Assembly: GCA_035084275.1 (NCBI GenBank)
Contig: CM068757.1
Coordinates: 3,906,001 to 3,970,000 of the forward strand
DNA from: Hydrolagus colliei
Lineage: Eukaryota
Direction: 5' to 3'
DNA: 64,000 nt
Each line of letters opens with the position of its first letter. Position 1 is the stretch's first letter. Below, piece by piece: positions 39,081 through 50,320 of this stretch. The notes under the pieces were generated by a model. It saw only the letters and a list, made by a program, of their open reading frames with translations, was not told where the DNA came from and made no database searches. Position numbers and translations under genes: made by a program.

Positions 39081-39832
39081 ATATATTTCCTTCCTTCCAA
39101 GGAGCAGATCTCACAATTTGTCTGGCCAATGTCAGGATTTTGCTGTTTGGACAACATTGTTATTTTCTGGTAGCTTTAAATGGAAGTGTTCCATTCTTCA
39201 ACACTGAAACAGTTTATTTTGATGAACGCGTCAGCCATATATTTCCCCACCGTTCAACACTTATCTAAATTCTTCAAGTTATTTGGACTTGCAGCGATAT
39301 ATCCTCAAGATTAGTATTTGTTGACAGCAGCTTCGCTTTGCCTGGAAAGTTTCAGTAAATGATCCGATAATCACACCCAAATCCTTTCCTGCCTCCACCT
39401 CTCAGTCTTGGACACCCACCTTCATTGTCCAGACATGTTTACCAGACAGATTGCAAACCCGTTTATAGATGACCCAGCTGTGTTTATTTTTCAGTGAGAT
39501 GCAAAAAATGGGCTACATTTCTAAACTATGACGAGTGAGGTTTGACAGATTTGCTGAATGATGGGATATAAGTTTTGCCTCTTCTCTACTGCCAGGGTTC
39601 CTTTTGTATGGTTTTGATAGATTAATAGAAAAGTGATTTCTACAGATCAGTGAATCAGTAACGGGGAATAAATTGAGACTTACCACTAGAGTTGGGGTAG
39701 AATTATGGTGCATAGTAGCTGGGGTGGCGGCTGGATTACAGTGGAGTAGATGGCTCCCTCGGGCAATGAATGCATTGGAGATGGGGACTGGATGCGGTAG
39801 ATGCTCAAGCGGGAGATCATAGCACTGCATTG

Positions 39833-40012
39833 TGGAGTCCTGCGACTCAGTGGTCAAAGTAAGTTTCCTTACTGCACACCCCTGATAATAATCCCCTACG
39901 AAAAAAAAATGCAATAATAATTTGATGGCTCCACTCCACGACTGTTTACAGGACACTGCTGTGCGCAAATGGACTGTTGCGTTTTGCCCACAAATACACA
40001 GTAAATTCGCTT
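39833..40012 (+). mobile_element. tRNA-derived SINE with internal deletion, 3'-truncated
   Basis: tggagtcctgcgactcagtggtc joined directly to aagtttccttact; same body as other copies. Confidence 0.75.
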
Positions 40013-40059
40013 GACACTTTTTGTCTATTTTTTACTGCTAGATTTGTGCACATAACACC

Positions 40060-40335
40060 TTCGATTTGTATAGCGCCCTCCACGCCAGGCAGCGTCTCAG
40101 AGCGCTTCACAATAATGGATCCCAGGACCCAGCCAGGAGCAGGGGGAGGAAGGTGACCAAAGGTATGGTTGAAGACCTGAATCTGGGAAGAGAGGGGGTG
40201 GGGGGGGGGGGGGGGGGCGCTAGGCGAAGAGAGTGAGGAAGAGAGTTCCAGACCCTCGGTGGGGTAGTGGCTGAAGGCACGGCTTGCCGAGGGTGGAGCA
40301 GAGGATTCGGGGGACACGGAGGAGGCCACACCCGG
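40060..40335 (-). mobile_element. L2 LINE 3' end
   Basis: Minus frames SRAFSHY / PRVWNSLPHSLRLA; tail tgtgaagcgctctgagacgctg...ggcgctatacaaatcgaag. Confidence 0.75.
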
Positions 40336-40499
40336 TGGATCGAAGATGGCTTTACATTTTACGCACATTCGATTCCCAAAGTAAGGGGAGGGAGACTAAG
40401 GGTGTAATAACGGAGGAGATGGGAAACAGTCGGGGCTTAAAAGGTGGTGGGGTTGGGGGGGGGGGGGGGGGGGTTAGAAACTGGAGGGAAGCTCCCAAC

Positions 40500-40900
40500 A
40501 CTGAGCCCTGGTGATACCTGGCTGGTTGATGCGTTGCTATGGAGGTGACGCGTTGCCACGGTGACGACGCTGGCGCCGTCAAACATGACCGCTCTGTGAT
40601 TGGCTGAGAGAGGAGCGTGACTTCCCCCCCTACCCACCCCCTCACGCACCCACCCACGACGTCAACCGCTCCATCTCCCGAGTGGCCTCATGGGTAACGG
40701 TCAACGCGGGGCGCCATCTTTGATGCGGGAAACGACGGCGACCTCGGCTGTGAGTTGAGGAGTGAGGGGGTGCGGGCGAACCGACCACCGCCCCGGCTGG
40801 GTTGAGGGATGGGGAGCTATGAGGATATCAAATAATAATAAAGTAAAAAAAAAACACGCCGCTCGTCGCGTCAGGAAGCCGCCGGTGGCGAAAGGTGAGG
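40500..40900 (+). promoter_or_regulatory. CCDC34: CpG-rich CCDC34 promoter / first-exon region
   Basis: Local CpG enrichment. X-box-like GTTGCCACGGTGAC 40552-40565, inverted CCAAT (ATTGG) 40599-40603, CRE-like GACGTCA 40658-40664, YY1-like CGCCATCTT 40712-40720, donor GTGAGT at 40750. Confidence 0.7.
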
Positions 40901-40980
40901 ATATTGTGAATTGAAAGCAGCGGCAGCTCTCTGGTCTGACCTCACTGGCTTTCCAAAGGGGCAGCGCCGAATTTGCCCCT

Positions 40981-41198
40981 TCACTCAAGTCAGTCGCACA
41001 GTCAGTCAGTCACTCAGTCACTTACTCACCAAGTCACTCACTCACCTAGTCTCTCAATCATACACTCACTCATTCACTCACTTGCTCACGCGCTCACTCA
41101 GACCCTCATTTACTCACTCACTCACTCACTCACTCACTCACTCATATACACACGCTTACTGTCACTCACTCACTCACTCATACATACACTCTCACTCA
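40981..41198. repeat. (TCAC)n imperfect tetranucleotide microsatellite in CCDC34 intron 1
   Basis: tcactcactcac runs. Confidence 0.9.
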
Positions 41199-41212
41199 GC
41201 CTCTAATAATGA

Positions 41213-41405
41213 TGATAATCCTTGCATTTGAAATAGCATATTTTCACATCTTCACAGTGAATTCCCTGTGAAGTGAGTCGCCCCTGTGCTTTTGTCGACG
41301 AAACGCGGCAGCCAATTCCCCTGCAGCATTGCAGATTCTGTGAAAGGGCTTTGAGGCGTCTTGAAGACGTGATAAGGTGCTGTATCAAATGCGAGGAATG
41401 TTATT
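41213..41405. mobile_element. Two SINE tails in opposite orientation
   Basis: ataatccttgcatttgaaatagca... (minus) and ...ggtgctgtatcaaatgcgaggaatgttatt (plus). Confidence 0.65.
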
Positions 41406-41974
41406 TAAGGAGTTGTGATTTTCTTGGAATCTGGATACCTTGTTGATCAGGGACTGGGAGAGCCACAGGAAGATAATAATAATAATTATTATTTTAATAT
41501 TTATTAAAAATTAATTAAATCAATCTTCATTTTACTCCCAACGTGAAAGGTGCTCTATCAGTGTAATTTTGTTGTTATGGTACTCAAATCATCCCCAAGT
41601 GGTGAACTCTTCACCTGCTGTTTCTACATGTGTGCAAATCAAGGATCAATCCCTGCCATTGCTCTACAGATACAGACTCTGTATCTGTAGACACTTGACA
41701 GCATTTCTGTAACACATTGAGATTATTAAATTCTAAACACGATCTACTCGTTTAACAACAACAACAATGGTTTAGAGTCTTCCACATCGGGAGAACGTCC
41801 CAAGGAGCTGGCCAGTCAGAGATTTGGACCCGGGTTGGGATCAGGAGGGTAAACTGTTGATTAAAGTTTGAAAGCAAGGTTGATGGTTACGATTGGTGTA
41901 ATCTCTCAAACGCCTTATCTTGACATTCATTGCGTTTCTTTTACCAGGGGGGATTTCTGTGGAATGACTGAAGA

Positions 41975-42291
41975 ATGTCTTCTGAATCAAGTTACCAGGA
42001 AACTTCAAAAAAAACAACCTGTCATTCAGGTTCACATAACCATAGTTGGAAGTTAGAACCAGAGATCCAGCCCAAGAGTTGTGACTTGTCTTCTCCAGCA
42101 GATTCTACCTGTTCCCTACTCTCTCCCATTTACCACGAAAGCTACGAGAGTGAAGATGAAGAAAATGAGGCTCCAAATAAGCAAACATGTAGAATTTCAG
42201 ACCGAGTGCAAGAGTCTACTTCAAGCATAGGGACAGATGCTGATTTAAATAAACCAACTGTTTCTACACCAAAGATACAAAGAGAATCCAG
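41975..42291 (+). CDS. CCDC34: CCDC34 first coding exon (exon begins 41948) MSSESS...DSTCSLLSPIYHESYESEDE...QRES
   Basis: ttttaccAG acceptor at 41947, ATG 41975, donor CAG|GTAGAT; STxSLLSP motif as in the CCDC34 N-terminus. Confidence 0.8.
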
Positions 42292-42537
42292 GTAGATCAC
42301 TTTATATTTTCACATGATAGATAAAAGGATGGTGCTCTTGTCCATCTGATTTTCTTCATCTCTCTTTGTGGCCTGTAAGTGGCTCTGGCCTGTAAGAGGC
42401 AATGGTATACCGTGACCATTGGTATGAATAGCAGCACTTTGCTTAGCCGAACAGGTGCCTATAATATGCTGCCCATCAAATATAATTTTCCATGTCAATT
42501 TATTGAAAATTCTGAACCATTATTCAACCCTTTGTAG

Positions 42538-42768
42538 GCAAAACGATTGGTCAAGAAAAGAAGACGAGCACAGGAATTGTAATTTTGGCTCTTCAAGAGA
42601 TTCCACCTCTTCTCTGCTTTCTTTGATTTACCACGACAGCTACGAATCCGAAGAAAAGGATGAGGCTAAAAAGAAATCTGCAAACAGAGCTTTAAGCAGA
42701 AAAACAAAATGCACAGGAAACAGACTGACAGATACTGCTTCAAAGAGGCGGACAGTATGTACATCCAG
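42538..42768 (+). CDS. CCDC34: CCDC34 coding exon 2 (231 nt, phase 2-2) containing repeated motif DSTSSLLSLIYHDSYESEE
   Basis: tttgtAG / CAG|GTACAA; open frame continuous with flanking exons. Confidence 0.75.
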
Positions 42769-43078
42769 GTACAACTATTGTAAACTAGCGCAGGCTAATA
42801 CAATATACAGTACTAACTCTTTGTTTGGTTGTGAGAAAACTATGTTCACTTAATGTTCACAGTCAATTCACTTTACAGTATATACTGTACTTTGAGATGG
42901 TTCAAAGACGCAATAAGACATATCAAATACAGGGATTATTATTATACGTAATTGATAAGGATTCTTACATTCCTTGACTTAATGTCAGTAACAAGATTTT
43001 TACATAGTATGCCATAGCTACTGTATACATTGTACTGTGTTGTTCTAATAAAATACCTGTATTGCATTTGCTCCGAAG

Positions 43079-43211
43079 ACTTACAGCTTCCACAAGAAAG
43101 GAAATTGGAAGCAAGCAGTTTCTTAAAGATATATCTCTGACTGCTTGGGAGGAATGGCTAATTAAGAAAACGAAGGAAGAACGTAGTGAAATGCAAAACA
43201 AATGTCATCAG
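43079..43211 (+). CDS. CCDC34: CCDC34 coding exon 3 LTASTRKE...ISLTAWEEWLIKKTKEERSEMQNKCHQ (GC donor)
   Basis: Acceptor ctccgaAG chosen to fit phase 2; donor CAG|GCAAGT; LTxWExW motif. Confidence 0.82.
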
Positions 43212-44334
43212 GCAAGTGCTTTAATTGTTTTCATGAATTTGCGATGACATAGAATCCAAGTATAGAATGTAAAGCTAGTCTGTTTTTTTTTAGAAAATAA
43301 TGAACGTCTCTGTATCACTCTATTGTTACTGCTTTCATTTGGGAGTTTTCTGTATTAATATTGTCAGCCTAAATTAGGCATTTTATGTCAACTTTACACA
43401 ACGTTAGTTCATCTGTTTTCTGAATTTTGGTACTGGTATTTAGTATAGCCAAGTATATCTTCATTTTTCAAAGTTTGTGAGAACTATTTAAAAATCAAAC
43501 ACTATAGTTTACATGTACTGTAAACAAACTTTATGGGAGAGTAATGTTTATATTTTTTGATAAATTTAGTTTTTTTGTAACCAGTTAATATACAAAGTCT
43601 TGGTAAATCTCATCCAGTTTAGCGAGTGGTGGCAGTAAGGAAAAGTAATTTACTTACTTTGTTGGCCTTATATTGCAAACTAGTTCATCTTGAATGTGTT
43701 GTTTGCAATCTTGTCCATTCTACTGCAATGACATTTACTGCTTTTTGTCTATTCTTTGTCTTTTTATTGAAAGCAACATCAGTTCTATTACAACAAACAA
43801 TTCCTTAATTCACTGAAGAGATTCTGGTAGCAGTAATAACTTTTTCGAAGAGACTTTCCAAACAGTTATGGCAGTTGACATGCTTACTTGAAATTTCTTG
43901 AGGCTCAGTAATGGCCAACAATAACCCTCCTAACAATAATATGGGACTGCTCGTCTATACTGTGCTTAGTCCTAGTCAAAAAGGTTAAAAAGCAATGGGA
44001 ATTGCCCACTTGGGAAGAATTAATTATGACTCTCAAAACGCGTGAACCGACTTCCAAATAGAATTGGGATCACAAATCATTCTTGTCAGTGGGAGTAAAA
44101 GAACTGTAGAGAGGTTGGTTATGAATGCAAATTGAGAGAAATTCTTTATGAAGTACTGCTTAAGTATGGATCAAAAACCAAGCAGTTCTTCATCTATTTA
44201 TCAGTCACATTGCCTTAGCCGATCAAAATATTAAACAAACAGGCTGGAAAGTTTTGAATTTTGTCACAAGGGAGATTCACTTAGATTAAACCCCCAGCTG
44301 GTTACTGAGAAAAAACATCTCTTTTGCTTTGCAG

Positions 44335-44442
44335 GAAGTAATGTTAAAAGAAGCAAACTTGAAAGAGCAAGAAAAACGTGAAGAGAAGATAATTCTCGCA
44401 CACGAAATGCACAAAAAGTGGGTTCAGGAAAAGAATGAGAAG
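44335..44442 (+). CDS. CCDC34: CCDC34 coding exon 4 (108 nt) EVMLKEAN...HKKWVQEKNEK
   Basis: tttgcAG / GTAAAA; matches recalled HKEWVQKKNE. Confidence 0.92.
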
Positions 44443-44875
44443 GTAAAAAATGTCTTCTATCTTGCATCTATTAAGCGCTCTGAGACTCTGTCTGGCATGG
44501 AGGGCACGATATAAATCGAAGTTGTTGTTGTTATCTTTCTTCGTAACGGTTTTTGTGATGCTTGAGATGTTGCTTTCACTTGTAGAAGACCATTTGAAAA
44601 TACATTAATGCCTTAGATCATTCGCCTAGGAAGTCTTAAATGAAAAGGATTGCTTTGTATTGGGAGCAGTTATACCACAAGTTGTACCACAATTGTTGCA
44701 AAGTGAATCAATTTGAATATGTTTAGTCGCAGGTTGCCTGACTGGATCAGGTATGGAGCTCCTAAAACTAGATTGTCAAACTTAATTTGAAAATTTCATT
44801 TCATTATTGCAAACTAGTGTAACGGGTCCATAATCTCAATTTGGAAAAATACATTTGCATTTATAAATATTTTTT

Positions 44876-45075
44876 TAGATTCATAGATTCATAGAATTTT
44901 ACGGCACAAAAGGAGGCCATTCGGCCCATCTAGTCTGTGCCGGCTCTTTGAAAAGAGCGATTCAATCCCACTGCCCTGCCCGCTCCCCATAGCCTAATAG
45001 ACCTGTTCTCCCTAAATAAAGATCTAATTCCCTTTTAAAAGTTGTTATCGAATCAGCCTCCACCACCTTTTCAAT
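44876..45075 (-). mobile_element. CR1-clade LINE 3' end
   Basis: catagattcatagaattttacggcacaaaaggaggccattcggcccatc...gaatcagcctccaccacc. Confidence 0.8.
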
Positions 45076-46042
45076 ATTAGTTGAAATATTAATCTGTTTT
45101 CAAAATCTAAAATTCCTTAAATTAAAGATGGCTGCATAAAGATTGATAAGAATTGCTGTCATTAAATGCTGCACACATTTGCTGAAGCAGCGTTGTAGGA
45201 AAAGAAACTTCACTGTTTGTTGGTAATTGACATCTTCCAGAGTCAAAACTGTCAATGATCAATGGAATGGAGACTCAAGCTTGCGATTAACAAGTAAAAC
45301 TTATTCATTTTAAAATAAACTTTGAATTCTTGCCTGCAGTGTGTAGGCTGCAAGATAAACAGTTGCTATTAACTACCATCTGTATTTATGCAATATATTC
45401 ACATTAGTGTTGAGCACTTTTTTGTTTTTTTTATTCTGCACTCAGATCATTGAAGGCTAGATTTAGTATCATCTGACTTACAGTTTCAGTAAATCCTTCC
45501 CCAGAGCTTTCCAAAAAGTCAATCCGATTGATTGGACAGAAAATTGATCAAACTTCAAAAGTGTTTTTATTCAACAGAAAATGTAGTCAACATCATAATA
45601 TAATTTAAACTTTTTCTGTAAGTATTGTACCTCATACTGTGACCGACTGAAACTGGCAGCATTTGAAAATATTTAGAGAGCATCTGCCAATCTTCAAGCT
45701 AATTGATATTGGTTGAGGTCCAATATCTATGCCTGTCACTCAAATCTGTCTTCCACAGTTAAGAATGAGTTTCATCTCTTGTGAGATTAAATGCTTTGAA
45801 ATTGTGGGAGTTTTTCTCTTCAGAAAGGACAATCAATGATAAAATAAGTTTTTAGATAATCTCTTTGAAAACTATAAAACTGAATGTTCTATCAAATTAT
45901 AAAACAGGTACTGTTGATTCCAAGGATTGTTTGTGATTGTTATGGTTTTCGACACACTAAGGAGAAAGCTTACATGCATTAAGAAATAGACTTGAGCTGC
46001 GTTTTGGTGCCCACATTTTAACAGTTTATGGATTGTCTACAG

Positions 46043-46201
46043 GAAAAGTTGGAAAACGAATTGAAGCTTCTCAAGGAGAAGAAGATTAAAGAGGCCAAGG
46101 AAGAACAAAGGAGACAAGCACATGAAAAAGCAAATGAAAAATTTCAAGAATGGTTTAATAAAAAAAAGCTGCAAGAAAGAGAGAAGAAAAGAAAAGAAAA
46201 G
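46043..46201 (+). CDS. CCDC34: CCDC34 coding exon 5 (159 nt) EKLENELK...EKFQEWFNKKK...KRKEK
   Basis: ctacAG / GTAGAA; coiled-coil. Confidence 0.92.
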
Positions 46202-46649
46202 GTAGAATTATGTTTCTGTGGAAACTATTTATTTGTATTTTACATTACATTTGCTTTGGGACATCCTTTTCTTACAGCCTAGGCAACCATCCCATCAAAA
46301 TTTGCACAGTGTCACATCTCATTTGTTTAATATTTCAAAATAGTGCAGTGTCATTTCAAAAGAACTGTCAATTTGTACTCTGAACTACAGTCAGTAAAAC
46401 CTAGCAGGTTGCACATCTGATCCCTGGTCAACACTGTGCACTGTTTAAGATTTTTTTACTCAAAATAAATGGTTAGCAGTATTTATTTGCACTTTACATT
46501 ACATTTGCCTTGGGACATCTAATGTTGGAGAGTCCTTATAAATTTGTATTGTATTCAAGGGAGGGGGAACTCGTTTCCGAACTGTCTGAATCTGATCCAC
46601 TGTGATAACCATACATACAAAGAGTATTCTCGTTATTTTGTATGTTTAG

Positions 46650-46791
46650 GAGGATGAAGAAAAACGAACAGCTAAAATACAAGAAAGAAAGGAAAAAGCC
46701 AACCAAGTTTTCAAAGAGTGGTTTGAAAAGGCCAAAACCAGACCTCGGACAGCCCCAAGCAGTTTTGGTTATGCAAATGGCAAACTCACAG
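46650..46791 (+). CDS. CCDC34: CCDC34 coding exon 6 (142 nt) EDEEKR...FKEWFEKAKTRPRTAPSSFGYANGKLT
   Basis: gtttAG / GTTTGT; GYANGKLT motif; frame differs from the ORF-track call. Confidence 0.94.
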
Positions 46792-46822
46792 GTTTGTGCT
46801 ATTTTTACACACAAAAAAGCAA

Positions 46823-46957
46823 ATAATCTTTGCATTTTGTATAGCGCTTTTCACGTCTTCTAGACGTCTCATAGCGCTTCACAGAATTTATTGTAAAGTG
46901 AATTAATTTGTGGGCGAAACGCAGCAGCCAATTGCACACAGCAGTATCTCACAAACA
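46823..46957 (-). mobile_element. tRNA-SINE 3' fragment
   Basis: ataatctttgcattttgtatagcgcttttcacgtcttctagacgtctc...gcagccaattgcacacagca. Confidence 0.8.
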
Positions 46958-47928
46958 GTCTTCAGCAGGGATAAGGGCAAAATTGTTAAGAGGCAAAATA
47001 TGATCTGGTTATATTAAATTGTAAACTATTACTTTACTTTGGGAATGCATCTGTTAATTCCCACATCTATCCAAACAGCACATCAGATGGCACCTTCAAT
47101 CCCTTTGGCTTGTGGTAACTTGGTTCTTGAAGTGCATATCAATTTCAAGTGTTTGCAAATAATTTTTGTACAAACATTATAGAATCTTCAGAGTTTCGTC
47201 TTTTATGTGAACCTCAGTATTTGGTATTTATTTTTGGTTTGTTATCAACAACCTTTAGCTCAGTCTGTTTATCGCAGTTGTTTTTGCTTGCTGGCTACAC
47301 TTTGCTCTTGTGCTTCATCATGCTTTACCCCTGTTAACTGCTGTCATCCCCTATTTAGTTGATAACAACCAGTCCAGCCTGCTGTTTAACATGCTTCAGA
47401 GTCTGATGAATGTATCTCAGTGTTTATCATTGTTTTGTGAAGATGTTCAAAAGGTCATGACTTGCTTGTTGGTTGAAGCTTTTACATTATAGCATCACAA
47501 TTTGTATTTACATTTCTCTCACATAGAGGGGGAAAAATTGACCATTTTGTTTTTTGGAGAAATTAATTTTTCCTTCACATTTTCAGATGTATGAAAGCAA
47601 CGCTTCCTCTATTTCCGCTCAGCTCCATATTCATTTGAGATTTTACATTTGCTGTAAGAAAGCACATAGTCTTCACAATTGTTCGCCTCCTGGCAGCATG
47701 CATAAATGAGAACCACTCATGGGCAAAGATATTAATCCAATTGCTCCATGACAGAATATATTGAAACAATAACTCATTACCCAGCATTTTATTTCTAAAG
47801 ATAAGCGCTTATACAATTGGGTGGTGCTTACCTCTCCATAAATTCCCTTGAGTGTCATGAATGTATTTGATTTTTCTTTTAATGTATTGTATAGTTATTG
47901 TAGTGATTCTCTGAATCTTGCGTTCTAG

Positions 47929-48158
47929 GCTATTATGATGGGACTTCCTATCCAGCTCCAAGCTATTGCAATCCAATTCCATGGAAGCCCATTCCTGTGC
48001 CACGCTCAGAAGATGTCAACAGAAAAGTAACTTCTAAGAAGGGCAGATCAATATCAGTTCGGCTGTATAAGCCACAACCATCTGTAGTCATCAAACCAAG
48101 GGACAATCTTACTGTTGGAACATCTTGGACTAGAGCAAGATTAAAAAAATATAGCTAG
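47929..48158 (+). CDS. CCDC34: CCDC34 last coding exon GYYDGTSYPAPSYCNPIPWKPIPVP...RLKKYS*
   Basis: ttctAG acceptor, stop TAG 48156-48158; NPIPWKPI motif. Confidence 0.94.
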
Positions 48159-48284
48159 TGTTAGGATTTTCATTACATTATGTTTCCATGTATTTATTTG
48201 CTTTTGTGCCATCTTTAAACCAACATTATTTTTTTTTGAGCCTTTTTTAAAAAAAAGTATTCATGGTCACTCTTGCAGATTTGT

Positions 48285-48390
48285 TTTCATAAATATACAG
48301 TCAATTCACTTTACAGTATATTTTGTGAAGAGCTTTGAGATGTCTAGAAGAGACGTGAAAAGCGCAATATCTAATGCAAAGATTATCATT
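48285..48390 (+). mobile_element. tRNA-SINE tail inside the probable CCDC34 3' UTR
   Basis: atacagtcaattcactttacagtatattttgtgaagagctttgagatg...aatgcaaagattatc. Confidence 0.8.
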
Positions 48391-48789
48391 CATTGAAATA
48401 TTTTACCGCTGACAGCCATCAACATGAAATGAAAACAATTTTTTATGAACATTTTTCAGTGTGTTAAATGACTACTTATTTCGTCCATTTTTCTCAATAT
48501 GCAGCTTTGATAGCTCATATTAATTTTTTTAAATCTTAACTATAATTCTTGTCATTCACATTTAGGAAAGGATTTGTTTACCAATGTTTGCACTGTATAT
48601 CACGAATGAAGTGGCACAAGGATGTATAATGAATTAATGACACTCTGAGATTTACAGTGACACTAATCATTGTACTGAAAGAAATTTGAAATACAAAAAT
48701 ATCTGGTTTAAATTTTAAAAATCTGTGAAATCTTGAAACTCTAATGCAGGTAATAACATTTGCTTGATTTTTGAATGTTAAAAGGTAGT

Positions 48790-48937
48790 CCTCGGTGAAA
48801 TGGCAGCCTATAGCTTTAAATATAGCTGTAAAGTGCAGGTTGGGGTGTCAGCCTGGACAATAGTCCCAAGTCCCAACACAAGGTTTGAGCCCACAACCTT
48901 CTGCCTCGGAGTGAGAATATTACCGACAGAGCCATGC
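48790..48937 (-). mobile_element. DeuSINE tRNA-head fragment (SacSINE1/LmeSINE-like)
   Basis: Minus: catggctctgtcggtaatattctcactccgaggcagaaggttgtgggctcaaacc...ccaggctgacacccc. Confidence 0.6.
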
Positions 48938-49984
48938 TTGAACAACCATGAAAGGATAGATTGATTCTCAGTGTTAAAAGGCTTTTCAGGAGGAAATAGT
49001 TGACACAGGTTGCAGAGTGAAAGTTCATAATTGGTGACTTCGACATGAGTTGTCTCAGTGATGTGGGCAGGGGGGAAACCGGAGGGAGGAACTTGAGCCA
49101 GAGTAAAGGGAGTGAAATGGAGTAGCTGTGAGTAGAAATGGAGCACAATGGTCGCCCTGGTTGAAATTAGCTATTTCAAGACAAAGGTATAAGGATTAAG
49201 TTTGAGATTTTCCCGTTCTTTTTGACTTCACACTGTGCGGCTCATTTACCTACTGAGGCATTATGGGATTTCAAACACCATTAATAATCAGAACATAAAT
49301 AGATTATCTGACAATCACAATCGTCCTATTCCTGTGTTTGGCCCGGAGCCCAACTCCCCACTAACAAATTTCCTTTAACCATTCTTGGCACATCGTCTTC
49401 TGCCTGCCCTTCAGCAGCAATTATTCTTTTCCTCATTTAATTTACTCAAAGCAAAAACTTACATTTACGACTTGCGCTCGACCTTTGATTCATTTTCACT
49501 CAAATCTCTGAACCATCTGAATACTTTGCCAGCAGACACAGTGCTTTAGTAAATAGATTTAGGATCTGAAGATTATTTACCCCACCGCCCCAAAAAATGT
49601 GTTTTGAATTTTTAACATCAATTTTATTTTTAATCTGAGGAATCTGAAAATCCTGGTTTACATGCATAGTTTTCAATTACCATAATCGGGTTACACTGCA
49701 CGTGAGTGGTCTGGAAAATGGTTTGGGTCCAACCAGCACATTAGTTTGATATTTTGGTAGATCAATCCCAGTTTATTTTTTCAACTTGTCTTGAATACAA
49801 CCAAATCACTTCTGAGCCTAGTTATACTATATACCTTAACTGTCCCCCAATTACTATTCCATAGTCCGGTATCCAATGGGTGAAAAAGTGCCCCTGACTT
49901 CCCTTCTTGCTTCCAACTTATTTCTATTTTATGTCACCTGTTATTCGATTCCATTCTATTTATCCGACTTACTCTTCCCCCTAT

Positions 49985-50320
49985 AAGCCCTCCGTTCAGC
50001 AGGACTTGGCTTGCTCCAAGCCCCCCGCCCAAACCGCCCCACCATCGGAGGCTGGGCCTTCAGTTTCTCCGCTCCCACCCTTTGGAACTCCATCCCCCAA
50101 TCCCTCCGCTTTGTTTCCTCCCTTTCCTCTTTCAAGGCCGGTTTGAAGACTTTCCTCTTCGACCGTGCCTTTTGTTCCCCCCCCCCACCCCCGAACTTTT
50201 TGACCTCCCTTACGTGTTTCACCCCCTCCCGAACACTCCCCTCCCAGCACGCCTCCTGTGCAGCGCCTTGGGACGTCCTCCCAACATGAAAGGCGCTTTA
50301 TAAGTTTAAATTGTTGTTGT
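49985..50320 (+). mobile_element. L2 LINE ORF2 C-terminus plus 3' UTR
   Basis: GGWAFSFSAPTLWNSIPQSLRFVSSLSSFKAGLKTFLFDRAF, the typical L2 ORF2 end, then the conserved tail and (TTG)n. Confidence 0.9.

Larger units (their letters stand above)
41975..48158 (+). other. CCDC34: CCDC34 gene span (7 coding exons, 1320 nt, 439 aa)
   Basis: Exon join gives LTAWEEWL, K/E-rich coiled coil, FGYANGKLTGYYDGTSYPAPSYCNPIPWKPI, matching the recalled CCDC34 C-terminal half; syntenic with LGR4. Confidence 0.93.

Noticed and set aside
40911-41231. His/Ser/Leu/Thr-rich ORFs
   Set aside because: Artefact of the (TCAC)n microsatellite
43081-43087. Alternative acceptor ttacAG at 43086 for CCDC34 coding exon 3
   Set aside because: Gives phase 1, incompatible with the phase-2 donors at 42291 and 42768
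46642-46863. ORF-track protein MFRRMKKNEQ...
   Set aside because: Wrong frame; the homologous CCDC34 peptide (GYANGKLT) is in another frame
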